A stretch of DNA of 64,000 nt from Felis catus (GCF_018350175.1 NC_058368.1:62126001-62190000); one strand, 5' to 3'; shown: positions 1-12,870, counted from the first letter of the stretch. Made by a program: numbers and translations. Notes: generated from the letters alone by a model not told the origin.

Positions 1-229
1 ACCTCTGGGACTCTTAACTTACAGCGTTAGAGTGCTTGAAAGGAGGACTTTTAGAACCTTTGGGTCTGGAACATTGACATGATCTTTGTTATTCTTAATC
101 TATCATTTCTATGTTTTAGTTTCCTCTCTTTAATGATTTAGAAAAATATTATTTTTCTCCTACAGTTGGGTTGATTATGAGGTAGGATCATATTTGGCAC
201 AAACATAGCATAATTGGAGGTTGGAGGGA

Positions 230-480
230 TATTGGTTAAGAACTTGGGCGGAGGAATCAGGATTTCTGGATCTGAAACTCAGTGCATCATGTGCTTGGTT
301 GTTATGAAGTTTGAAAAGTTATACAACGTCTCTAAACCTCAATTATTCACCTGGAAAATGAGGATAACAGTAGCTTCCTCATAGTATGGTTGCAAGATTT
401 GCATATGCAATAGAATTGTTTATAAAATATTCAGCATACTACTGAGCACAAAGTAAAGTGCAGTAAGTATTACCCACTAT
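230..480 (+). mobile_element. MIR SINE remnant
   Basis: Degenerate MIR core: tggttaagaac...tctctaaacctcaattattcacctggaaaatgaggataacagtag...ctcatag. Confidence 0.65.
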
Positions 481-1702
481 TACCATTTATAAAAACAGTC
501 TAGTCAAATATTGAGGAGTTTGACATAATCACTCAAATATGTGAAGTTCTTGGAGTTCTCACATTCTATTTGCTAATATTTTAAGTCCCATGGCCATAAC
601 CTAGCTAGGTAACATCTAAGATTTTGTTTTTAATGGTGACGTTAATTGAAACACTGCTGTGAACATTCTTGTCAGTATTTGATATGGAATAATATCAAAC
701 GGATAGACCATTTCAAATGTTTGAACCAAATATACCACCAGAGAGCTACATTAGACATATATTGCAAGCAAACTGTAGCATCTCATGACTAGCATCATGG
801 AAAAACTATGAGACTGGTTTTTAACTATCGTCATTATATAGTTCTTTTTCGAGGAAATTGAAGACTGACAACCTTGTTTCCATCTGGAAACATCTAACAT
901 CTGTGCTTGTAAACATCAAAACACAGCTGTTGTAGCTCTGAGTAACCACTCCAATTTATTTATTTTTGACTTAAAAAAATCTTCAGTTTTCATCAAACAT
1001 CACAGTTGTTAAGCTATGTTCTTACAGCGGGAGGAAAAACAATTACGAGAAATCACTATATCAAACATTTTAAGAACAATACTCTTTCTTCTATTTCATT
1101 TAAAGGAGATACAATCTCCCATCAATTAAAAAATGTATTTTATTGTGGGTGTGCCTATTTTTGGAAACCACAGTATTTAAAGCCACCAGGAGGTCAGAGA
1201 TCCCAAGTGCATTTTATAGTTAAAATATTATAAAACATTTTCAGTGGGGCCAAATTGGGCAACTCGAAGTCAGGTGGTGACAACACCAAGAGCAAAAGAA
1301 TCTTATTCTAGTGTTTTTGCATATAATACATAGGTATGCCACATTAACTTTAATAAGGGAACTTTTTACTAAAAAATAAGTGCATTTTGGTATAATACTG
1401 AGTTTTAGTTGTATATGATTCTAAAAATGATTTCATATGAATAATATGTTAAAGTTAATTTTCCTACATTATACGTGTGGATAGTATTAATAACACTAAA
1501 ACTTGAATTGTTTTTACAATTGTTAATCACAGTTCTAATTCTGTTTCAGCTACATTAGCTCCCTAACTGCTCGCTCACCATCTGCAGCCAGTGAGATGGG
1601 GAAAAATGTCCTTCAGCTATAGTCCTTCCAGGATGCCCACTGGGTTCGATTTCCCACTCTCCCATCAAAGCCATCGAAGGTGTGAGGTTTCTGATATCTT
1701 AC

Positions 1703-1896
1703 CTTATGCATTGCCTCTACATTTAAGTCCAGGCTCTTCGGATGGATTCCTTGTTTGGACTTCCTATCCGTTTTGCTTCAGTCAAGCATACAGTCATCTC
1801 AGGCCGCGGGCGCCACAGTCTGCAGGCAGGCACCACCACATCAGGGCTCAGCCTAAATTCCTGTTGCCAGGCTCTAGGCTGCATACTACCATTTGT
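1703..1896 (-). other. Candidate spliced exon (194 nt, non-coding or 5'UTR)
   Basis: Minus strand: polypyrimidine acceptor ctacccctttctcccttccag|ACAAATG and donor CATAAG|gtaaga; non-repetitive and GC-richer than its flanks; stops in all three frames; ends ATGCATAAG. Confidence 0.45.
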
Positions 1897-2339
1897 CTGG
1901 AAGGGAGAAAGGGGTAGAATTTTCTTAACTTGAAAAACTTGGGATCTTTTCATTGTTTCCCTATTTAGGACACAGTTGAATAGTGACACCAGTCCAGAAA
2001 ATATGGGTTCTGTTCACCAGAATTATTGATTTAGAAGTATGCAGAAATTATTTCCTAATTTTGCGGTGTGGTTTAAGCCTCTGTCCCAACCTTTGAGGCT
2101 CATAAGAAACCAAGTTTAAAGCCAGAAAGTTTTGTGTTATGGTGCAAGAGTGCCTCCAAGCGGCAGAAAATTAAGGTGCGTTGGGTAGCTCTGAAGATCA
2201 AATGCCATGCTAAGGTCACCTGAGTGCCACTAGCATCTAGGCATTAGTTATTCCTGACACAACTAATATCGGAGAAATTTATATGTGATGTTATAGTATT
2301 TACCCTTATCTCAGATTTTTAACTGTAATTTTTTTTGGC

Positions 2340-2480
2340 ATAGGAAGTAAGAATAATATGCTCTGCATAGCTAGTCTCAATCTTCATCTGTAAGATTTGG
2401 ACAATAGCTATTAACTCGTAACAATATTGTAAGAAATTAAATGAATTAAAATGCATATACAAGTGTCTAGTGTATATAAT
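2340..2480 (+). mobile_element. MIR remnant
   Basis: tctcaatcttcatctgtaagatttggacaatag...attaaatga...aagtgtctag resembles the MIR core and 3' end. Confidence 0.5.
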
Positions 2481-5432
2481 ATGAAATTTATAATATATAT
2501 CATATTATATGTGTCATAAAATATGTTGCATACATTAAATTGTATGATATATAGTATATATTCCATGTGTAAATATATAATATGTTACACACTATATATA
2601 GTAAAGACATGTGGTATTTGTAGTAGGAAATATAATATGTAACATACAGTTGATACTATCATGAATTGCAAAATGTGCTTTTTCCTCCTTTCTGGCTGGA
2701 GATTGTGCTACAAAAAGCTTTGCCTTTTCTTTGAGAGATGTCCAATGGAGCTGTCCATCAGCAGAGATAGATTCAATGACCCAATAAATTATGGAGCTTT
2801 TTTGCAATCTTAACATGGAAACAAAGTGGCATTATGGTGACTTTCCTGTATAGCTAAAGATCCCAGGTAGAAGCCCAATGTTATGCAATGGCAAAGATCC
2901 AGAGCCCTTCCTCTCTGGATCAACATTCCGGCAGACTAAAAGGAATTTTCTCAAATCTCTTGGAGACATGTGGCACCCCTGTTTCTCAGCTGTGGCCACG
3001 GATGAATGAAAATTTCTGAGGCTACTTGTCTTTATCTACTACCCAGTGGCAGCAATAAAGCAGGAGACAGCTGGACTGGGTCATTATGCTATCTGTGCTG
3101 ATTCAAGGTTGTCACTAACACATGGATAACCAGTTTGTGAAAGCCCAGCTCACACTTCCAGGTGATACACTTGCTCTTATCTTATATAAAATTCCAGTTC
3201 TCAGTTCTAAAATCAGTATCTGTGACCAAGTAAAACAGTTATTCTGTTATTTATGGAAAATTGAATTGCTGTTTGGGATTGAGATTATACTAATTCTCTG
3301 GGCCTCAGTTGACTTCATAGATGTTCTTTCTTTCCAGTACCCCGCTTTCTCTAGATTAATACTTTTCTGATGTGGTAGATATTGATGATAGATAAGCTAT
3401 TTTGTGAATTTGGGAAGAGGAGAATCACATCATGAGGATATGATTATCTAATTCTGTAGACTAATACTCTGTCACACTAGAGCTTAGCCTGTGTAGAGTT
3501 CTGAAATCCCAATAGATTAAAATATTCCTATTCTTTATATTTTAAGAGCTTTATATTAAAAGCCATTTGATTTTATTGGCCTATGTGGGTAGTTTAATTT
3601 CAATAGAAACTCTGAGGTTAAAAGGAAGACATGGATTTTTGTCTTAGGACATTTAGAAGTTACCACCAAAGCTCTGTTTAATAAAAGAGGATGAAAAATT
3701 TATGGGAGTAATAAAAATAAAATTATAAAGTCTATCCTTCATTTTAATTATGTATTTCACTTGAAAAATATGTTTGTTTCACTGGAATAAGTTGCTCTCA
3801 TTAATTCAATTTCAAATATTGAAAATTTATTATTGATATGCCTTTTTCTACTAAAGCTGATTCAATAGTTTTAAAAAACAGAAAATGAAAGAGAAGGTTC
3901 CCCTTGTCAAAAAAAAAATATTTGCCTTACAAAGAATTCACCTTGGAATTCACTACAATAAAGGATCTAGCCTTTAACTTAATATTCTTTGTAGTAATTT
4001 AATAAATATGTACTATAGTTTCCCATTTTGTACACCGAAGAGCAGTGATGCATGAAATTGAAACAGATGTTGGATATTAAATAACAATCCATGATATACT
4101 TTACAAGGAAGGGAAAGAAATAATATTTATTGAATGCTTACATGGCACTACATAAATAGCAGTGCCATTTAAAGCTCACAACAACCCTATAAAGAACATG
4201 TTATTATCTGAGACTTTCGGTGAAAGAAACTAAAATCCAAGGAATGCAACTTAGTCCAAGGTCAGTCAAGAAATTTTAGATGGTTGAAGACTCCCTATCA
4301 TCTGTCCACTACACCCTTCTATTTTATATCAGAAGGGAACATTCTTTTCTAAGATAGTAGCACAAAGGATAATAATGAGGAAAATTTTAGGTATGTAGTG
4401 ACAACAATGTTGCCAGTAGGTGCTTCTGTTGGTGGCATGTTGGGGAAAATTTGGTTGTAATGAAGACAGGTTCCCAAATTTCAAGTTATTAATTTGGATG
4501 CTACTTCCATAAGAGTAATGAGAAAAATTTGACCTTGGAATTCAATTTTTGAATTTACTAACTCGTCAAACCAATGCCTTCTAGCCTAATAGTTAAGAGA
4601 TTAAATACTTGAGCCAGTCTGCCCCAGTTTAAATCCTAATTCTACCAGGTACTGCCTGTATAATTCACTTAAAGATGTGTGGAGATTATAAGGATAGAAG
4701 TTATTATTCAGAAAAATGTAAAACCTCTGTTTGCTACATGGTAAGGATATACATGTTATCTACAATTAATATTTTCATATTTTATGCTTAGAGAAAACAC
4801 CTTCTGATGTTGATTCTTAGGTGCAAGGTGTTTAATATAATCATAGTTCTACAAAATAGCGAATTTGATTTTAGCCTTGACTTCAAGAAAGAAAAGGCGA
4901 ATCTGCAAAATACCTACCATGAGAGAGAGAACACAATAAAGTAGATAGCACAGTACAGCAGAAATCATAGATCCAATAAAAATAGTAAATGTGTAAGAAG
5001 GAAGCTGTAGGAATAAGCAAGTAATAAATAAGCTTTAGGATACATATTAAAGACATTAAGAGTAAATCATATAGAATAGCTGATTTGGAGAGAAGTAGTT
5101 CTATTAAGAATACCAAAAATAAACTTTGACCATTAACAGGTGAAAAAGTCTGAGAGTTTAGGAATTTAGGAGGAAAGCAAAATTTCACAAATGTAGATGT
5201 GGGAAAAGATAAGAAACAAGGAGAAGGTGATTAGCAAAATTACAATAATGACAAAGACAGTGCCATCCAGATGATTGTATTTTGAGCCATAGTACCAACT
5301 GGCGGGGAAATGTTATTCATGAAAAAATATTAAAAAGATGTTTGAAACTTAATCAGAACTGTACAATGACATATATTTATATTTTGTGCTCAAATTAAAT
5401 TTTGGTAAAACTTATAGTCAAGAAGTCAATTA

Positions 5433-5882
5433 TATCAGAACTCGTGAAGGGTTTGAGATCTTATCCTACTTGCAAACTAACATGATACTTACGAAACTCT
5501 TGGATCAGAGAGGAAAAAAGTACAGAATAGCTAGCAGAGTATCAGCATATATGCACTGGCTACCCTGTCCACCATGTCTATGGAGTGATTTGATGGACCC
5601 CAGTGCAGGCCCCCCACTTTCCTGTGAGTTTTGGAATAGCTGAGAAACTGAGGGTCAAAAGTCCACTGGTTTTAAGCAAACAGCCTACCCCAGAGCAAGC
5701 AGGAAATAAGTGAGTCTACTTTCCCCTGGAGAGTAAGCAGCTCTCACTGTAGTTGTCTTGACCTACTAGATGACTATGTAACCAGGCACAGAACTGTTCA
5801 GTATCAGAAGACAGAGAAACCTGGCCATCTGGCACACTCCTCAAGGCTGTGCAGGGTCCATGGTGGACTGCCTCTCCAAGCA
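5433..5882 (-). mobile_element. ERVL-type solo LTR (LTR40-like)
   Basis: cagaactcgtgaagggtttgagatcttatcctacttgc matches the reverse complement of the LTR40-type 3' end as I recall it; the other end reads TGCTTGGAGAG on the minus strand. Confidence 0.55.
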
Positions 5883-7289
5883 AATCATGTTCAGTACTTA
5901 TTTTCATTACCTTGTTGAAATAGGGAGTTAAAGACCCCTCAAAGAGTTGTCAATAGCGATGCATCAGCATTGATCGAAACTCCAGTTAAGAATTTCATTC
6001 ACTGCAGGGATAATAGGAAGAAAACCACCAACTCCCCAAATTTGATTTAATGGACTCTTATTTTTCCTTTGGTGAACTACCTATTACACAGAGAAGAATC
6101 CTGAGCTTTAGCATAATTCAATAGTCAAACTGATTATGCAAAATCAGTGACCCTAATCATATTTTAATGATTTATTCTTGTCCTTATTTTACTACATATG
6201 TTCTAATATTGAGGCAGAGGCTGGATCTGTATTCATATTCTATAAAGAAGTAAAGCCTTTATAAACATGCAAACTATTAATTTTCACAACCCAAAGGAAT
6301 GTGAACATCTCCCATTGTCTTCCTCCTTTCCATTCTTTGTGATTTCTTAAAAATACACATTACCAACTTTCAGTACACATCCTTGCTTCATCCCTTATAA
6401 TTGAAATGTGTACTACTTAATCATATTGAATATCACATCTGTGAGCTCAGCCATAGTACAAATAGTGTGGCAGTTATTTATGTGAAGATAATACATTCAG
6501 TAAGAACCACTCACTCTGGTCATAGAAATTTACTTATTTTGTTTATAAAGATTATAAATGCAAATGTATATATTTAAATCAGCACATATATCACTATAGG
6601 ATACTTTTAAAGCTTAAAGAACATAATTCATATATAAAATATCTGATTTTGAGAAAACACTTATGAGTTTATTGTGAATTATGACTCCAAGGGAGGTTGA
6701 AGATACAAATTTTTGTGAAATTACGTAAATAATGCCATGTCATAAATTGCATTGCTATATTGATATAGTTTTCATAAATTGTAAATATCATTGTCATTTC
6801 CAATGAAAAACAGTGAAACAATAAACTAATACAGTAACTCAAAACATTTTCAGTGTGAGTTCTAGTTCAATTTTTGTTAATGGATGTATATTATAGTATG
6901 TCATAAAAATAGATATTATTGAGAATTTACTATTGCTTACACAGGTAAATAGATACATGAGAAATCTGGAGATTTAAAATCCATATTTTCTATGTGCTTA
7001 AATACGTCTTAAAATACATATTATACATGGTAAAATATATATTTACTATATACTTACATGAATGGTAATAATATAGTCTATTAATATTTATGGCAATATT
7101 AAAAGTAATAGTGTAAAATATTGATGGATATTAATAATATCAATAAGTTGTTTTAATTATTTAGAATAATAAACTATAAAATACTTTATATTATATTTTA
7201 TATTAATATAAAATGTAAACCTCAAGTTTATATTAATATCAATAGGAATTATAACATTTAAATTCTGTGCATTTTTTCCCTACTTTTAG

Positions 7290-7570
7290 GCTCCCCTCTT
7301 CCCCATCATGAAACAATCATTTACTTAGAAGTATACTTAGAGCAAAAGCTTGTACCACAGAGGTGTTTCACCGGTGTTGAAAGGGGACTACTCAGTATCA
7401 TGATATAACACATTGTTGACTTAAAAGAAATCACCTTAAAGATTAAGGATGTTTCGGGGTGTCCTTAACATTTCCTGATTGATTGGCTTGCGTTCTCAAT
7501 CATAAGATAGCAACTTTTCCATAATATTTAAGAAACGTTTCCCTGTTATAATTGCCAAAATGTAAAAATG
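7290..7570 (+). other. Candidate spliced exon (281 nt, non-coding)
   Basis: Acceptor attttttccctacttttag|G and consensus donor ATG|gtaagt bound a GC-richer non-repeat island in very AT-rich DNA; no long ORF. Confidence 0.35.
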
Positions 7571-8644
7571 GTAAGTGTTGATTATACTATTCCACTTTAC
7601 AAATGGATTTATATTATATAACTGGGTATACTAATATGAATTATTTTATTAACATATTCACTTATGGTATAATTATATGACTGTAATGTTATTAATGCCA
7701 TATATATTAGTAAATGAAATATTACCTGTTTATATTAAGATTAATTATTTTATTAATATTATATCCAGGATTTATTTATTTATTATTTATTTCCAGGATC
7801 TATTTAAACTGCGTTACCGTATACTATTAAATTATAATAGCTTATTATATTAGTAATAAAAACATATTAAACAACAAGTAGCTTTGATTATTCAACATGC
7901 CAAATAATTTTGGAGAAAATCAGTATTCATATTGAGCTTAAAAAAAATTTACATTGCTAGAATTGCACATCATGTAATATTCTTAGGATAATATGTCGCA
8001 TGTTTGGAAGTTAAGAAAAACTATAGTATAGCACATCATGTTATTTAGTAAGATTTATTTTTGATGAAATTGCATTAGGAGAACAGTGATTCTTTTATGA
8101 AAATTGTAATGATTTCTAATGTAATATATTTTATCTGAAAATCAAATTATTGCTGTATAAAACAGAGAAAACAATCCTAGTCTTTTTAAATGAAAAGTAT
8201 TGACATAATATATTGGAATGATTTATTTCATTTCATGGAAATTAAAATACAGCACATTTAAAATAAAAATGACTACTTACAGAAGTACATAACAATGTTA
8301 GCCTAAATAAACCATGTACCAGGGCCCTAAACACATACCAGGCCTCTGTGCAGTCTTCTTAATATGCCTATGGATTAGAAAAACTATATATGATTACTTT
8401 CCCTACAGACAAACAAAATAAAGAAAAAAATAAAAAGAAAAGATTGAAACACAATTGGGTATTATTTCAAAATGGCATTGAAACCAAATATGCTAATGAA
8501 ACAACAGAAATAGATGTCACTGGGCATAAATTTGCACCAGTCACTTAAACCGTTATGATTGTTCTATTTTTCTATCATGTGGCAATCTATAAATATGCAT
8601 AAAGAAAATATTGTTACATCCCAATTAAAAAATAACGCATTATT

Positions 8645-8853
8645 GGGGCACATGGGTGGCTCAGTCGGTTGAGCGCCTGACTTCGGCTCAGGTCATGATC
8701 TCACGGTCTGTGAGTTCCAGCCCCGCGTGGGGCTCTGTTCTGACAACTTAGAGCCTGGAGCCTATTTCAGATTCTATGTCTCCCTGTCTCTCTGTCCCTA
8801 CCCCACTCATGCTCTGTGTCTCTCTGTAAAAAATGAATAAACATTAAAAAAAA
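8645..8853 (+). mobile_element. CanSINE (SINEC_Fc2-like)
   Basis: ggggcacatgggtggctcagtcgg head with Pol III A/B boxes, CT-rich tract, aataaa and A tail. Confidence 0.95.
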
Positions 8854-9446
8854 TAATAATGCCTTATATATGTTAGCTAGTCTGGTAGAGGAAGTTAGTT
8901 TTTGAGTATTCATAGTTTCCTTCTATTTACTACATATGTATTCCTGATTTCCAAACAATTTTAACACTGTGAAGTATATTAAATACTAGACATGTACTGA
9001 ATTTTGTATTTTAATGATTTTCAAGGTACGTATCTCAAAACTCATTTCAAAATAGACTTCCTACTCTGGATACTTCCTAAAGGTTTCACTTTCTTGGAGA
9101 TCTTTTGCACACGAGCAGTTTCCACTGTCACCTCTATGTAAAATATTTCTCATCAGTGTATTCTGTCTTTATCTTTATTACAGGCCTACTCCTGCATTTC
9201 CAACTGCCAAGATTTCTTACACCTCAAATTTAACATGAATTCATAAAATGACAATCATCATTATTATCTTATAAAATATGTTCTCCAGGAAAGTTGATCA
9301 AAGATGTCATTTTAAGCTGAACTGTGAAGACCAAGAAGTGTACAGCAAAGTGGAGAAGAGTCGAAAAGACATTGAAAAACTGAGAAAAATACAATTACAA
9401 AGAGAAATGAGATAAAACAGGTATTAAAAATAAATGACATATTTAA

Positions 9447-9660
9447 GGGGCGCCTGGGTGGCGCAGTTGGTTAAGTGTCCGACTTCAGCCAGGTCAGGAT
9501 CTCGCGGTCCGTGAGTTCGAGCCCCGCGTCGGGCTCTGGGCTGATGGCTCAGAGCCTGGAGCCTGTTTCCGGTTCTGTGTCTCCCTCTCTCTCTGCCCCT
9601 CGCCCGTTCATGCTCTCTCTCTGTCCCAGAAATAAATAAACGTTGAAAAAAAAATTTAAA
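9447..9660 (+). mobile_element. Young SINEC_Fc CanSINE
   Basis: CpG-rich near-consensus sequence; perfect 21-nt TSD aaaaataaatgacatatttaa at 9426-9446 and 9661-9681. Confidence 0.97.
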
Positions 9661-10954
9661 AAAAATAAATGACATATTTAAAAACAGGTTTGGGATTTTG
9701 AGTAATTGAGACTTTCATGATTTCCCAGTCCTTTGAGAAAATTTCCTGTGGGAAATTCAGTGCCTTCCCAGGATACCTGAGGATATTTGGAGCTTAAAAG
9801 AGTGTGGCCATTTCTGACTCTCAATTTTCTCCATTCTCCACTTAATTGTAATTACTGTGTATTTCCACAGCTTCTCTGTCTCCTTGTTCTCGACTCAGAT
9901 ACAGGACAAGGATCCTTTCTATTAATGTTTCCCCACATCATTCACTCAGGCATATATGTAGCAAGACATGCACGAAAGAAGGTGATTTTGGAAAAATAAG
10001 AAACTCTTAAAATGTAATAGTTTTACAGAAAACTCTGATCTTTGGAGTGAATTGGAAACTCTGCAACTAAAACTTTGTCTCTTGCCATATTTTTTATCAG
10101 GCTTCATTTTATTCATTTTTTATCTTGCCATGCTTTCTCACTGTACCTCCTTCTGTTTCCTTTCTCCTCTCTCTGTTCTTCCTCCTCCCCTCCGTCCTCC
10201 AGTCCTTGGTAATCTTAACATGTCCATAACACATAAATGGTAACCATTTGTGTATGATTGTGGAACTACCCTTTATTTCACTGTGTTCTTAAAAACTTTA
10301 TTGGAGTCTTACCTTCCTTAAGAGTCATTTGAAAGCTCTGCAACTGGGAAATTTTCCCTAGCCATACTTTTCTTCAGGGTCAAGTTCTCTATCATGCTCT
10401 CCCTCATGCTTTCCAATAGCGTACTAAAATAGAGATTGAAATTGCATACAGTTTGTATCTAAAATAAACTGCAGTGAAAGCTATTTAAATAACTGTGTGT
10501 GTGTGTGTGCGTGCATGCAAAAAGAAAAAAAAAGTTACCCTCACTTTTAAAGTTCTAATCTTAATGTATTGGCCCATAAATTTGAATCAGGATCATCCAA
10601 TGTCATCAGGACTCTTCCAAAGACAATATTTAATTAAAAGTTAGGGAGGCAATGAATAGACAGCTTAGAGAAGAACTGGGCCAAATTGAAGAAAGAAAGA
10701 AAAAAGACTAGCAGATGAAAATTATTACTCAACAGACAAATTTTTAAAAAATCAAGTAAACATGCAATATAGTTTCATATTCTTCAGAATATCAAAAATT
10801 ATAATTATTAATTTAACATGATTTTCTGGCATCTATGTGAGAATAAGTTACCTTTGTATGTATTGGTATTTTTGGATGGGTTGCAGCTTTTCAGAAAGAA
10901 GTTTTTCATATTTCTTTAATATTTAATGAAATTAACTTAATAACATCACTGTGT

Positions 10955-11020
10955 TAATCACATAATAATTATATATATATCACATAATAGTGTGATATAT
11001 ATATAATTATTATGTGATTA
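10955..11020. repeat. Perfect AT-rich inverted repeat (30-bp arms, 6-nt loop)
   Basis: taatcacataataattatatatatatcaca (10955-10984), loop taatag, exact reverse complement at 10991-11020. Confidence 0.95.
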
Positions 11021-11734
11021 TGTATAATCTCCTGTAACTTGAATATCTCATACATGTGAAGTATCCCATAGAGAGATTCCTGATATTCAAGGATCCATAC
11101 AGAAAGATATATGTCTTAGCACTCTTTAAAGTATCTAACAACTGAAAAATCTCTTACTGCTACTATCTAGCTTGAGAATCCAGTAATAGAAATTCTAGAG
11201 ATTATTATCTTCTCTCACTCTCTCATTTTGAAGCTCAAGAAATGAAGATGAGATATTAAAGTCACACAGCTGGTAATTTGCTCAGTCATCTGGAATAGAA
11301 ATCCATTGACACACAGTTTCATTTTTACTGACAAGGAATTTATGTACTGACATAAAATTCTATTTTCAAAAGTAATCTCTGAAGGTCGATGAGACATATA
11401 CACTAAGGATTCTTATCAGCATCTAGGAGAGGAGAAGATGTGGGGTGGGGGGACAGTGCTTCCTCAGTGTGAGAGAAAGCACTTCCTTTCCATGCCACAT
11501 TAGTAAGATGCACAGATCATGCATGCTTTCAGAAAATAGCTGAATAAAAATATTTTATAATAAATATTTTATTATGAAAATAATATAGTCTTAATTAGGA
11601 ACTTTGAGAAATACAACAATGTGAATATATTTTAAATATCATGAATCATATTTGGTTAGGGATAACTTCATAGATAACTACTGTTAAAATGCTTTAATGT
11701 ATGTGTGTAATTGTTTTACTTAAAAATGGGCTCA

Positions 11735-11925
11735 GGGCTCCTGTATGGCTCAGTCTGTTGAACACCCAACTCTTGATTTCAGCTCAGGTTATGGTGCCAG
11801 GGTTGTAGGATCAAGCCCCACATCTGGCTCTGTGCTGAGGGCAGAGCCTGCCTGGGATTCTCTTTCCCTCTCCATTTTCCCCTCTACCCTGTTTGCTCTC
11901 TCTCTCTCAAATAAAAATTACTTTA
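11735..11925 (+). mobile_element. Older CanSINE
   Basis: gggctcctgtatggctcagtc...agcctgcctgggattctc; degenerate TSD aaaaatgg(g/a)ctca. Confidence 0.9.
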
Positions 11926-12051
11926 AAAAAATGGACTCATGTGCTATCTACCAAGTTTTTCAATAAGTTCTGATCATTTCTTCATACTATTAAATACTTT
12001 TAATATTTTATGTGAATAGTTACATAGTATCTTATTGAGTAGCTGAGTTTA

Positions 12052-12255
12052 GGGGCGCCTGGGTGGCGCAGTCGGTTAGGCGTCCGACTTCAGCCCGGTC
12101 ACGATCTCGCCCCCCGGGAGTTCGAGCCCCGCCTCAGGCTCTGGGCTGATGGCTCAGAGCCTGGAGCCTGTTTCCGATTCTGTGTCTCCCTCTCTCTCTG
12201 CCCCTCCCCCGTTCATGCTCTGTCTCTCTCTGTCCCAAAAATAAATAAACGTTGA
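12052..12255 (+). mobile_element. Young SINEC_Fc CanSINE without poly(A) tail
   Basis: Near-consensus body ending aataaataaacgttga; direct repeat ttgagtagctgagttta at 12035-12051 and 12252-12268. Confidence 0.97.
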
Positions 12256-12494
12256 GTAGCTGAGTTTATTTATTTATTAAATAAATCATCCATATTTGAA
12301 ATTTAAATATTTTCCAATTGAAGTAATTCCCAAGAATACATTGCATCTATCTATTATGTCTTCAATATATATCCATAGAAATAGAATTTAAGATGGGAAA
12401 TCTGGGAGTTTTGTAAGTTTCTTTTGTTCAATTTTTGTTAGTTTAAGTTTAGTTTTCAAAAATACAAATTTTACAAATTTGGTTTTCAACAACT

Positions 12495-12590
12495 TTGTTT
12501 TTTATATTTTTTGTTTCAAGTTTTTATTTAAATTCTAGTTATTAACATATAGTAGTAATATTACTTTCAGGAGTAGAAATTAATGATTTT
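12495..12590 (-). mobile_element. Short carnivore L1 3'-end fragment
   Basis: T-rich tail then ttattaaattctagttattaacatatagtagtaatattactttcaggagtagaa, the reverse of a carnivore L1 terminus. Confidence 0.6.
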
Positions 12591-12835
12591 CTAGCAACTT
12601 TATAAATATCTGTTTAGCCTGAAAATACACGAATCCTACTTATTCTTAAATACAAATGTGTCAGCAATTTGATAAATGAACTGTGATAAATCATTATTTT
12701 TCCTATCTGCTGAGATTGAACACTTTAAAGTAATGTATCTATCTGTATCTGGTCTGTGCTTCTTGCAATTTTATTTTTGGTAACAATTTTATGCTTTCCA
12801 TAATATTTCACTCCTATTTTTAAAGTTTAATATTA

Positions 12836-12870
12836 ATCGCTTCTCAGCCTTTTGGCTAAGATCAAGTGTA
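12836..12870 (+). pseudogene. RNU2 (pseudogene fragment): U2 snRNA 3'-truncated (tail-less) retropseudogene
   Basis: atcgcttctcagccttttggctaagatcaagtgta equals U2 nt 1-35 with one G>A change at a CpG; TSD aagtttaa(t/c)atta at 12823-12835 and 12871-12883. Confidence 0.93.

Noticed and set aside
1591..1917. 108-aa plus-strand ORF
   Set aside because: No recognisable domain; the splice signals point to the minus strand
2820..3250. GC-richer stretch, possible LTR or exon
   Set aside because: No family motif or splice-site pair that I can support
8645..8730. tRNA-like A/B boxes here and in the other SINE heads
   Set aside because: tRNA-derived CanSINE heads, not tRNA genes
9424..9675. Near-identical peptides from ORFs 9424-9675 and 59478-59705
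   Set aside because: Both are antisense translations of SINEC_Fc copies
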